A DNA stretch of 64,000 bases, from positions 32,984,001 through 33,048,000 of the forward strand of contig NC_083288.1 in NCBI RefSeq assembly GCF_963506605.1. Direction: 5' to 3'. The first letter of the stretch is position 1, and each line of letters begins with the position of its first letter. The notes below the pieces were generated by a model. It was not told the DNA's origin and did not search any database. It saw only the letters and a list, made by a program, of their open reading frames with translations. Positions 36,001 to 46,521 of the stretch are shown piece by piece. The stretch comes from Zootoca vivipara (lineage: Eukaryota). Both the position numbers and the translations under genes were made by a program.

Positions 36001-38434
36001 CGAAATCCAGCTTGCACTTCTGGGAGTTCTCGGTCCACATACTGCCTAAGCCTGCCTTGTAGAATTTTAAGCATAACCTTGCTAGCGTGTGAAATGAGCG
36101 CAATTGTGCGGTAGTTGGAGCATTCTTTAGCACTGCCCTTCTTTGGAATTGGGATGTAGACTGCTCTTCTCCAATCCTCTGGCCATTGCTGAGTTTTCCA
36201 AACTTGCTGGCATATTGGGTGTAGCACCTTAACAGCATCATCTTTTAAAATTTTAAATAGTTCAGCTGGAATATTATCACTTCCACTGGCCTTGTTATTA
36301 GCAGTGCTTTCTAAGGCCCATTTGACTTCACTCTCCAAGATGTCTGGCTCAAGGTCAGCAACCACACTACCTGGGGTGTCCATATCTTTCTGGTATAATT
36401 CCTCTGTGTATTCTTGCCACCTCTTCTTGATGTCTTCTGCTTCTGTTAGGTCCTTACCACTTTTGTCCTTGATTATGGTAATCTTTGTACGAAATGTTCC
36501 TTTCATATCTCCAATTTTCTTGAACAGATCTCTGGTTTTCCCCATTCTATTGTTTTCCTCTATTTCTTTGCATTGCTCATTTAAGAAGACCCTCTTGTCT
36601 CTCCTTGCTGTTTTTTGGAAATCTGCATTCAGTTTCCTGTATCTTTCCCTATCTCCCTTGCATTTTGCTTGCCTCCTCTCCTCCGCTATTTGTAAGGCCT
36701 CGTTGGACAGCCATTTTGCTTTCTTGCATTTCCTTTTCCTTGGGATGGTTTTCGTTGCTGCCTCCTGTATAATGTTACGAGCCTCCATCCATAGTTCTTC
36801 AGGCACTCTGTCCACCAAATCTAAATCCTTAAACCTGTTCCTCACTTCCACTGTGTATTCATAAGGGATTTGATTCAGATTGTATCTTACTGGCCCAGTG
36901 GTTTTTCCTACTTTCTTCAGTTTAAGCTGGAATTTTGCTATAAGAAGCTGATGATCTGAGTTACAGTCAGCTCCAGGTCTTGTTTTTGCTGACTGTATAG
37001 AGCTTCTCCATCTTTGGCTGCAGAGAATATAATCAATCTGATTTCGATGCTGCCCATTTGGTGATATCCATGTGTAGAGTCGTCTCTTGTGTTGTTGGAA
37101 GAGAGTGTTTGTGATGACCAGCTTGTTCTCTTGACAGAACTCTATTAGCCTTTGCCCTGCTTCATTTTGAACTCCCAGGCCAAACTTGCCAGTTGTTCCT
37201 TTTATCTCTTGATTCCCTACTTTAGCATTCCAATCCCCTGTAATGAGAAGAACATCCTTCTTTGGTGTCATTTCTAGAAGGTGTTGTAGGTCTTCATAGA
37301 ATTGGTCAATTTCACTTTCTTCAGCACCGGTAGTTGGTGCATAAACTTGGATTACTGTGATGTTAAAAGGTCTGCCTTGGATTCGTATCGAGATCATTCT
37401 GTCATTTTTGAGATTGCATCCCATTACAGCTTTTGCCACTCTTTTGTTGACTATGAGGGCCACTCCATTTCTACTACGGGATTCTTGCCCACAGTAGTAG
37501 ATATGATAGTCATCCGAACTGAATTCGCCCATTCCCTTCCATTTTAGTTCACTGATGCCCAGGATGTCGATATTTATTCTTGTCATCTCATTTTTGACCA
37601 CATCCAGCTTACCTCCATTCATGGTTCTTACATTCCAGGTTCCTATGCAATATTTTTCTTTACAGCATCGGACTTTCCTTTCGCTTCCAGGCATATCCGC
37701 AACTGAGCGTCCTTTCGGCTTTGGCCCAGCCGCTTCATCAGCTCTGAATCTACTTGTACTTGTCCTCCGCTCTTCCTCAGTAGCATGTTGGACGCCTTCC
37801 GACCTGAGGGGCTCATCTTCCAGCGTCATAACTTTTATATGCCTGTTGTCTTTGTCCATGGAGTTTTCTTGGCAGGGTTACTGGAGTGGCTTGCCAGTTC
37901 CTTCTCCAGGTGGATCACGTTTAGTCAAAACTCTCCACTATGACCTGTCCATCTTGGGTGGCCCTGCATGGCATAGCTCATAGCTTCTCTGAGTTATTCA
38001 AGCCCCTTCGCCACGACAAGGCATTGATCCATGAAGGGGTAACAAATATTAACAATGACTTAACTCTGATGAAACATGTTATCTTTACCATTGTTGGTAA
38101 TGGTGGGTCCTTCTATCTTTCTACATATAAAAGTCTTGCAATGATAATCATATATTGTAATAAAATTCAATAGTACTTTTCTAAGTTCCAGCAGGAAACG
38201 TTCTAGTTTCAATTGAAAATCAATCTTCAGACTTCTCTGTATCAAAGTACATATTTCTACTAAGCATGATCAAATGTCCCTCCTCTGGGCTCATTTGGGA
38301 GGAAGAGCAAGATATGAATATCATTAGGGAAGTTTTTAATGTTAGGTGTTTTATTGTGTTTTTAGTATAATATCCTGTTTGAAGCTGCCCAGAGTGGCTA
38401 GGAAGGCCCAGTCAGATGGGCGGGGTATAAGAAA

Positions 38435-38482
<48 letters not shown>

Positions 38483-39675
38483 TATTATCATCATTATTAT
38501 CAAAAAATATCATTGAAACTGTGGAATACTTCTTCTCATCAAGAATGCAAATATTGTTCCAGCATGGTGCCTAAGGTTTACCAGCACATCCTGGCCTTGG
38601 CATTTGCAGTCAAGGAGATCAATGAAGACCCTCACATCTTACCAAATGTCACCTTGGGCTTCCACATCTATGACAGCTATGCCCATGCAATTAAGACATA
38701 TCATGCCACAATGCTAATTTTATCTACATTGGAGAAATTTCTCCCCAACTATATATGTGATACACAGAATAATCTGACAGCTGTCATTGGGGGTCTCGAC
38801 TCCCAGGTCTCCCTTCATGTGGCAACTATCTTGGATATTTATAAGATTCCACAGGTAGGACACCTATGCATGCTTCTGAGTGGAGTATGAAAATTTAATA
38901 GTGCTTTCATACTTTTTTGTTTCTTCCAGCTTGTATTATTAGGAAACAGGGATGGGTGCAATGGGAATAATCAGATCAATAATTCTTTTTCTTTCTTTCC
39001 TTTGCATGTTTTATGCAGACTGAAAGCAGTTCATTAACAAATGAAAATGTAAATGAACCTATCACTGGAACATGCTTTTCATAGATTAGAAATTATTTGA
39101 GCAATATATTTTCCACATGTACATCCTACTTACTCTTTCTAATGTTCCAAGTTGTTGATCCTTTTTACTTTCTATATTGTTGGTGGAAAGCATTCCTCAA
39201 TAATTAAAAGGTCACCATTTAAATCTTCTTGGGCCCATTCATGCCAACCATGATCCGACAATCTATATGCATAGGCTGCAGACCTGCTTAAAAAAGCAGA
39301 GCCTGGCTTTCACTGAAGCAACACCATAAAGTTCAAAAACTAATTAATTGGTTTTATCAGAGGAGGAATTAGATGTTATGTCCTTCAAGTAATTGACAAT
39401 ACTGTCATAAGCTTTAAACAAAAACTGGGTGGTTGCTGATGCAGATTGAGATCCTTGTGTGAATGAAGATAGTCCCTTTATACCTTTGCTCTCCGCTTCA
39501 GTATAGATGAGAATGGACTCCCCTGGATCAGCAATTTCATCATTAGTCACTCAGGTAGTACAGTTGAGAAATAAATGGTTTGCTGATGTGAAGGATGCAC
39601 TATTCATATGGATGTTCAAATGTTCATATCAAGTGAAATTCACTATGCCTTAACCTGCGATGTAAATAGAGGGTG

Positions 39676-39723
<48 letters not shown>

Positions 39724-42700
39724 CAACAAATATCTCTTTAGCTCATATATGGCCCCACTCCAGTGATGAATGCTAAAACCCCAGGACTACCTTTCTACCA
39801 GATGGCCCCCCCAGAAAGCCACCAGTTTGCAGGGATTCTTTCTTTGCTTCTCCATTTCAAGTGGACATGGATTGGGGTCGCTGTGGTTGACAATGACAAC
39901 GGAGAAAGATTTGTACAAAATGTGCTCCCAATCTTTTCAGACAGGGGTATTTGTTTTGCCTTTCTAGAAACAATCCCCAATTTTAGTTTTCTTACTGAAG
40001 GACTCACCCTGAGGCAACAGGGGGCAAAAATACATGATAGAGTGATGGGTAGCAAAGCCAATGTTGTGGTGGCCTATGGAGAAGCTTCTACCACTATATT
40101 TTTGAGATGGCTTCCATATCTATCAATGCTTGGGAGCATGAAAACAAATGTAAAAGGTAAAGTATGGATATCGACAGCCCAAGTGGAGTTCATTTCATTG
40201 GCCTTTCAGCGGGATTGGAATGCAGAAATATTCAATGGTGCCATAACCTTCAGAATTCATTCCAATGATCTACCAGGATTTCATCAATACGTTGAGGGCA
40301 GAAACCCTTACAATGCAGAAGGTGATGATTTCATCTGGGATTTCTGGCAACATGCATTTGGTTGTGTATTCCCACATCGCATTCTGGATGATGTGACGGG
40401 GGATATCTGCACAGCAATGGAAAATTTAGAGAACCTTCCTGCGTCTCTCTTTGAAATGACTGTGCAAGGTCAAAGCTACAGCATCTACAATGCTGTCTTT
40501 GCCTTGGCCCATGCTTTACATGCCATGTCCTTAGCAATACCCAAACACTCACAAATGGTGAGTAGAGGGAGACAGAAGCTTCAGAAGCAGCAGTTTTGGC
40601 AGGTAAGGAGCAGGAAATCCATACATTGCATGTGTGCTGGTCCCACGGGTTGCCCAGGAAAGAAAGAAACAACTACCAGACTTTTAGAAGACATCTGAAG
40701 GCAGCCCAGTTGACGGACGCTTTTAATGTTTAACAGACTATTGTATTTTAATATATGTTGGCATCCGCCCAGAAAAAATAGGCTACATGCATGTTGCAGA
40801 CAGGAGGGCTCCCCTCTCTGCACTAGATCTCCCTCTAAAACATTCCGATCCACCCTTTGCTAAATACTTGCCTTCTCTCTTTTCAATCTAGCTCCATCAT
40901 TTTCTGAGAGGTGTCTCATTTAACAACAGTGCTGGAGACACAGTGTCCTTCAATCAGAACAGGGAGGTAATATCTAGTTTGGATGTTATCAACTGGGTTA
41001 TTTCCTCCAACCAGTCCTTTTATAGGGTAAAAGTTGGGAGGATGGATCCTGAGGCTCCTCCAGACCAAGCCTTCACCCTTCATGAAGATGCCATAACATG
41101 GCACAAATGGTTTAATCAGGTAGAGTCACGTTGTTAGATAATTCAAAAGAGATTCATTTTTCAGTGAGCAATTCTTATATGCTTTGATGTCGAAAATAAT
41201 GTTCACTTGAGACTCAGAAAAACATAAAAAATACCATTTTTTAAAAACTGGATGTACAATCATGTATTTGTCCAGGATATAATTGTGCACACTTTCCATC
41301 CCAAAGGGATATAACATCAGACAATCTGGTAAAATATGTATGATATCTCCTTTGTATTCATTGTTTTAATGCAGACAATAATGAATTACTCTCTGCAGAG
41401 CTGATCTATGGTTTGCTGAAATGCTGTGACACATTAGCAACATAGGGAAGGTCTCCAGAACCTGACCCATTCCAAATGCATTATTCTCATGAATATCCTC
41501 TTTCTCCTTCATCTACTGATTAGGTTCGGCCTCTTTCTCTCTGTACTGAGAAATGTCACACAGGATCAAGGAAGAAAGTGAAGGAAGGAGAACCATTTTG
41601 CTGCTATGATTGCATCCCATGCCCAGAGGGAAAGATTTCAAACCAGGAAGGTAAGAGAAAGATGCAGAAATTTGGATCCAGATGCAGTACTTCCTCTGAG
41701 TTCCCCTTAAAAGGAATGGGAAAAATTAAGTTATGATTAACTGGTCCACTTGCTTTCACTGAGGTTACTTCCTAGCAATCTCTTTCAAACGTTGCAGAAG
41801 TCAAATGGTTTTCTGGAGTGGATTACATAGTCAAATGGTCTCCTGGAGTCTGCATAGCCCGGCACAAAGTGGGTGCTACCTTCCCCTGGTTCTTCCTGGG
41901 TATCCTGCTTGAGAGCCTCTTTCTCCTTGCTTCCCCTGGAGGCGATTGCCCCCAAAAAGATGAACTTGCCACCGCAGATCATACAGATTTTCACTTCTGT
42001 TTTATGGTTTTGTTTTCTTAATTTTGGGTTCAAAAAAATAAGGGTAGTCTTATACATGGCGAAATCTTATACATGGAAAAATAGGGTAATTTCAAACTTT
42101 CCAGTGTACTTCCCAATCACTTTCCATATTTTAAAAGGTTTTTGAGCTGGGGGCTTCTTGTGCAAGAGCTCCAAATCCACTTTAATGGCAGAACTTGAAT
42201 TTGCACATATGTTAGTCTGGATGCACCCTATATATTCAGTAACCATGCATATTTAGTCAGTACCTCATCCTTTCCTTTGAGATCTAACCAGCTACCATTC
42301 CTCTTTCACAAAAATGGGATAAATTTAGCATGCCTTTCTGATCATACCTGGCTTAGCACATGACAGCATGCCATCTTAGGGAATGAAAGTTAATTTTAGC
42401 AAATTTCTTCAGTAAAAATAAGTTTTCGCGTGTCAGGAATTCAAACCTGCTACAGTGGAACCTCTGTTTTAAAGAGTCTCAGAAGCAGAACATTTCAGAA
42501 ACCGAATGTCGAAAACCTAGAAGTAATTTCTTCCGTTTTTCGAACGTATCTCGAAATTCAAACAACATGTTTTTCAATTTTCTAATGGATTTTGCAGACC
42601 ACCATTGCTCCTCGGTTTTCGAATGTTTCGGAAGTTGAATGGTCTTCTGGATTACATGAATGGATTACATTCAAAAACCAAGGTTTTTAACTATATAACT

Positions 42701-43956
42701 ATATTATTTTGGTGACTGAACCATCATTAGCTTCCTAAGCCTATGTTTGATTAAAAAGCATATATACTGCTTTTGGAAAATCAAAGAATTTTCATTTTAC
42801 CTTCTTAATATGTCAAGTAATGCTAAATAATAAAAAAAATTAAATATGTTGTGTATATAATATAACTGCAAGTACTTGAAAGTCATTTTTAATGAATTTA
42901 TGTATTTCTTAAAATGATTTTACTTTGGGAATATTAACTTAACCAAAATATATTTTGAATTCCCAAGTCATGTTACCGCTTGTGAGCATCCCCCAACGAT
43001 GATGTGATTGATGGAATGTATATGAACTGGAGACTGTACCTTTCTTTTTTCTAGATATGAGTGACTGTGATGAATGCTCAGTCAAAGACTATCCAAGCAA
43101 GAACCAAGATGCATGTATTCCCAAGGATATAAGTTTCTTATCTCATGAAGAACCTTTGGGCATCAGTTTAGTCTGCTTTTCGCTTTCATTTTCTCTGATC
43201 ACAGCTCTGGTGATGGGTACATTTATGAAGCACCATGACACTCCCATAGTCATTGCAAACAACAGGAACCTCACCTACACTCTCCTCATTTCTCTCCTGC
43301 TCTGCTTCCTTTGTGCACTGCTCTTCATTGGCCAACCTGAGAAGGTGACCTGTCTCCTGCGACAAACCGCTTTTGGCATCATCTTCTCAGTGGCTGTTTC
43401 TTGTGTATTGGCAAAAACCATCACGGTGGTTCTGGCTTTCATGGCCACCAAACCTGGATCCAGGATGAGGAGATGGGTAGGGAAGGGACTGGCCAACACC
43501 ATTGTCCTTTCCTGCTCCTTTGTCCAGGCTGGGATCTGTACTGTGTGGCTGGCAACCTCTCCCCCATTTCCTGATACAGACAGTTACTCAGTAGCTAAAG
43601 AAATTATACTAGAATGCAATGAGGGGTCTGTTGTGATGTTTTACGTTGTTCTGAGCTATATGGGCTTCCTGGCAATTATTAGTTTCATTGTTGCTTTCCT
43701 TGCCAGGAAATTACCTGACAGCTTCAATGAAGCCAAGTTCATCAGTTTCAGCATGTTGGTGTTTTGCAGTGTTTGGCTCTCCTTTATTCCATCCTACCTG
43801 AGCACCAAGGGAAAATACATGGTTGCTGTGGAGATCTTCTCCATCTTAGCCTCTGGTGCTGGACTGCTGGGTTGCATCTTTTCCCCCAAATGTTATATTA
43901 TTGTGTTCAGGCCTCAGCTGAACAACAGGGAGCAGCTAATAAGGAAGAAAAACTAA
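32810..43956 (+). CDS. V2R gene D, complete (875 aa)
   Basis: Exons 32810-33027, 38563-38854, 39742-40602, 40892-41119, 41524-41650, 43055-43956; GT-AG, open frame. Confidence 0.93.
34401..34490. mobile_element. 90-bp hAT-type MITE
   Basis: TIR catagctgccaagtt; TSD gcttggtg; empty site in genes E and F. Confidence 0.9.
34633..34722. mobile_element. 90-bp hAT-type MITE (opposite orientation)
   Basis: Same TIR; TSD catatcat; empty site in genes E and F. Confidence 0.9.
34825..38039 (-). mobile_element. Full-length Bov-B (RTE) LINE, ~3.2 kb
   Basis: 11-bp TSD taacaaatatt (34814-34824 and 38040-38050); (CAA)n tail; empty sites at ~47820 and ~58195. Confidence 0.97.
34836..37859 (-). CDS. Bov-B ORF: APE endonuclease plus reverse transcriptase, 1007 aa, uninterrupted
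   Basis: GTWNVRT, GISEL, GDWNAK, IDYIL, SDH (APE); [15 protein letters not shown] (RT). Confidence 0.95.
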   Translation of the reverse strand: MDKDNRHIKVMTLEDEPLRSEGVQHATEEERRTSTSRFRADEAAGPKPKGRSVADMPGSERKVRCCKEKYCIGTWNVRTMNGGKLDVVKNEMTRINIDILGISELKWKGMGEFSSDDYHIYYCGQESRSRNGVALIVNKRVAKAVMGCNLKNDRMISIRIQGRPFNITVIQVYAPTTGAEESEIDQFYEDLQHLLEMTPKKDVLLITGDWNAKVGNQEIKGTTGKFGLGVQNEAGQRLIEFCQENKLVITNTLFQQHKRRLYTWISPNGQHRNQIDYILCSQRWRSSIQSAKTRPGADCNSDHQLLIAKFQLKLKKVGKTTGPVRYNLNQIPYEYTVEVRNRFKDLDLVDRVPEELWMEARNIIQEAATKTIPRKRKCKKAKWLSNEALQIAEERRQAKCKGDRERYRKLNADFQKTARRDKRVFLNEQCKEIEENNRMGKTRDLFKKIGDMKGTFRTKITIIKDKSGKDLTEAEDIKKRWQEYTEELYQKDMDTPGSVVADLEPDILESEVKWALESTANNKASGSDNIPAELFKILKDDAVKVLHPICQQVWKTQQWPEDWRRAVYIPIPKKGSAKECSNYRTIALISHASKVMLKILQGRLRQYVDRELPEVQAGFRKGRGTRDQIANMRWIMEKAREFQKNVYFCFIDYAKAFDCVDHSKLWQVLKEMGVPDHLICLLRNLYVGQEATVRTGYGTTEWFKIGKGVRQGCILSPCLFNLYAEFIMRKAGLDESQAGIKIAGRNINNLRYADDTTLMAESEEELKNLLMRVKEESAKYGLKLNIKKTKIMATGPITSWQIEGEEMEAVRDFTFLGSLITADGDSSHEIKRCLLLGRKAMTNLDSILKSRDITLPTKVRIVKAMVFPVVMYGSESWTIKKADRRRIDAFELWCWRRLLRVPWTARRSNLSILKEISPECSLEGQIVKLRLQYFGHLMRREESLEKTLMLGKIEGTRRRGRQRTRWLDSVLEATNMSLNKLREAVQDRSAWRAMVHGVTKSRTRLND
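38325..38500 (+). mobile_element. L2-type 3' end with (TTA)n tail (paralogous copies ~48137-48291 and 58519-58620)
   Basis: tagggaagtttttaatg...gctgcccagagtggct...gatgggcggggtataa then (tta)n; same terminus as 51460-51760. Confidence 0.6.
38563..38854 (+). CDS. V2R gene D exon 2
   Basis: 292 nt, GT-AG. Confidence 0.92.
39742..40602 (+). CDS. V2R gene D exon 3
   Basis: 861 nt, GT-AG. Confidence 0.93.
40892..41119 (+). CDS. V2R gene D exon 4
   Basis: 228 nt, GT-AG. Confidence 0.9.
41524..41650 (+). CDS. V2R gene D exon 5
   Basis: 127 nt; [11 protein letters not shown]. Confidence 0.92.
42453..42692. mobile_element. Diverged Mariner/Tigger-type MITE
   Basis: ta|cagtggaacctctg...aaaccaaggtt; empty site in gene C (~28690). 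Confidence 0.65.
43055..43956 (+). CDS. V2R gene D exon 6 (7TM)
   Basis: 902 nt; 7TM motifs. Confidence 0.95.
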
Positions 43957-44250
43957 AGAATGAATCAAAGAAAGAAAATCTGTTCCTTGCTCATCAAAAG
44001 GGACTGTGTGTGTGTTTCTTTCTGTATTTACATTGTATTTCTACATACATTTAAGCCTTATACACATTTCACTGTTGTCCAATTCTCCTTGGCGGGGGAA
44101 AAAAATCATTTGGAATCTACAAAAGCACAGAAAAGCTCCTTCCTTAAAAACTACAGTTGCAACTTTCAAATCTAGATGGAAGCAACAAATTCCTACCCAG
44201 TCCACACTTTCTTCTCTTACCTACAAAAATAAAATCACTTGGAATAATGA

Positions 44251-44469
44251 TGGTTACAGGTAGGTTGCCGTGTTGGTCTGGGTCGAAGTAAAATAAAAAA
44301 ATTCCTTCAGTAGCACCTTAAAGACCAACTAAGTTTTTATTTTGGTATGAGCTTTCGTGTGCATGCACACTTCTTCAGATATCTGAAGAAGTGTGCATGC
44401 ACACGAAAGCTCATACCAAAATAAAAACTTAGTTGGTCTTTAAGGTGCTACTGAAGGAATTTTTTTATT
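44251..44469. mobile_element. Penelope-like element remnant containing a perfect 178-bp palindrome
   Basis: 89-bp arms 44292-44380 and 44381-44469; TSD ggaataatga; empty site at ~30450; motifs gccgtgttggtctg, ccttaaagaccaac, gagctttcgtg, cacttcttcaga resemble reptile Penelope termini. Confidence 0.8.
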
Positions 44470-44838
44470 GGAATAATGAATTCAGTCTACAAAAGCACAA
44501 AGAAGAGTCTTTCTTAAAAACTACAGTTGCATTTTTCAAATCTAAATGGAAGCAACTAATCTTTCAAGGAGTGGGGTGAGGAAAGGAATGGCAGGCAGCA
44601 GAGCTTTGAGCAATAGGGATTTCAAAAAACAACAACCATGTTGCACTTGGGCAGTTCCAGCCTTTTTTCCATTGGGGAAGATGTTAATACCATATGGCCA
44701 AAATAAACAGGACGGGGGCAGGTGAAGGATGAGGATAATTGTGCTGGTTAGGAGGTTTTAGAAACCATAGTTAACATTTATGAATTAGTATGAAGTGTGA
44801 TCTCTGCCCAGTGGTTTAACTCAGGATTTTTACTATCA

Positions 44839-44885
<47 letters not shown>

Positions 44886-45911
44886 TTGTTTGTTTGTTTG
44901 TTTGTTTTCATTATTTATACTCTGGGGAACAAAGCATAATATGAAGCCATGGCTATTGCTCATGACTTGCTATTATTTTAACACCTTGTAAGCTTTCTTT
45001 CATGATCTGTGGGCTGCATTTGGAGCATAAACAGCTACAGTACCTTGCTGGTTCATTTAGCTCAGGATTGTCTGAGCCAGTGTCCCAAGGCAGTTGAGAA
45101 CGTGATAAGGGGCTATAAACTGAATCTTGGGAAGACAGGTGTTCCATGCATAGCTGGTTCCTCTATCCAGAAGACAGGTCTGCTGCCTGTCTGGTATTAG
45201 TCTGCACTCCATCTAAAGGAGCAGATTCATTTCTTGGGAATACTCTTGGATATGTCTTGATAATGAGAGGGCCAAATGACTCCGGTGGCTAGGAATGGCT
45301 TGTATATGGATTAGAATCATTTTGCTACAGTACATGATGCATCATAGCAGCATCTCCTGAGTTCTTAGAAATTGGCTAATGTAAATATCAGTTTTCATTT
45401 ATGTATAAAATAGCAGTTTAATAAACAATCTTAGTGAATAGTTCATCTTGTATCCTGTTGATTTCAAGTAAGTTGTGGAAATTCCTTCCCACAGGGGGGT
45501 TTCTAGCATCGCAAAGGGATAGGTGACAGCACAAAAGGGTCACATTGAGGCATGGAAAGTAGCAAACATATCTCAGTTTGTATGTTTAAGAAACTGGGGC
45601 AGTGCTTAGAAAAAGATACAGAAGCAACTTTTCTTTCTATACTTTGTATACATTATGTTGGCAATAACATTTTACCAGGAAGATCAACCCAATCAAGAAA
45701 AAAGTTGCTTTTTGCTCTACTTGTGGTACATAATTATCTCCAGAGTCAGTCAATGTTTTTATTACAGTCAATGATAAGTATTCAGTATTTCCTCCTTAGC
45801 CTTTTGGCTAAGATCATGCAAAACATCCAATTTGTTTCATACTGTGGGTCACTCCAATCACAATAGTCCCTTGCAATCTAAGTTTGCAGTAAGGAAATAT
45901 TTCCATTCTGA

Positions 45912-46303
45912 TGTGACAAACATGTTTTCTTCAGCAATTCCCAGAGGAAATCCCCACATCTGAACAGGAGATTTCCTCATTCATTAAATCTGAAAAGCAC
46001 CAATTTTAGTGCTCATCCAGCCCACTGTGGAATTTCAGTTGCCATGAACAAAACAAATAGCAAAGACACTGAAGAATATACAAATATGTCTGCTACCATT
46101 TACAGCCAAGGGGATGGGGACCAAGAACAACCATCTGTTGTGATATCTGATTCTTTGCACAATTGACCCTGAAGCTCAGGGCTTTGAAGAGAATGAACTG
46201 TCATTAAGGCAAGAAGTTCTCATCACAGAGACTCTAATGATTGTACTACAGCAAACAACAGAGGAATCTGTGTTCAGATAGAATATTTACCATTCCATTG
46301 AGG
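45912..46303 (+). promoter_or_regulatory. Conserved upstream block of V2R gene E
   Basis: Paralogous to 5548-5933. Confidence 0.55.
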
Positions 46304-46521
46304 ATGGTAGTTTTAGTGGCCTTGCTGCTGGCTCTGTTTCCTCACATGGCACAGGAGGCCCACACCATTAAATGCAGGGTTCAGTATCTACACCACCCAC
46401 TTCACAAGTATCATCAGCCAGGAGATTTCATCATTGGTGGCATAGCATCTCATGGTGCCTTTATTTTCAGTTCAGCAACTTTAACTGAAGAACCCCCACC
46501 TGCATTGTCTGAAGAGCTTGT
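46304..46521 (+). CDS. V2R gene E exon 1
   Basis: 218 nt; signal peptide. Confidence 0.88.

Noticed and set aside
34864-37983. Several + strand ORFs over Bov-B, and antisense ORFs over V2R exons
   Set aside because: Shadow frames of real coding sequence; they recur only because the underlying DNA is duplicated.
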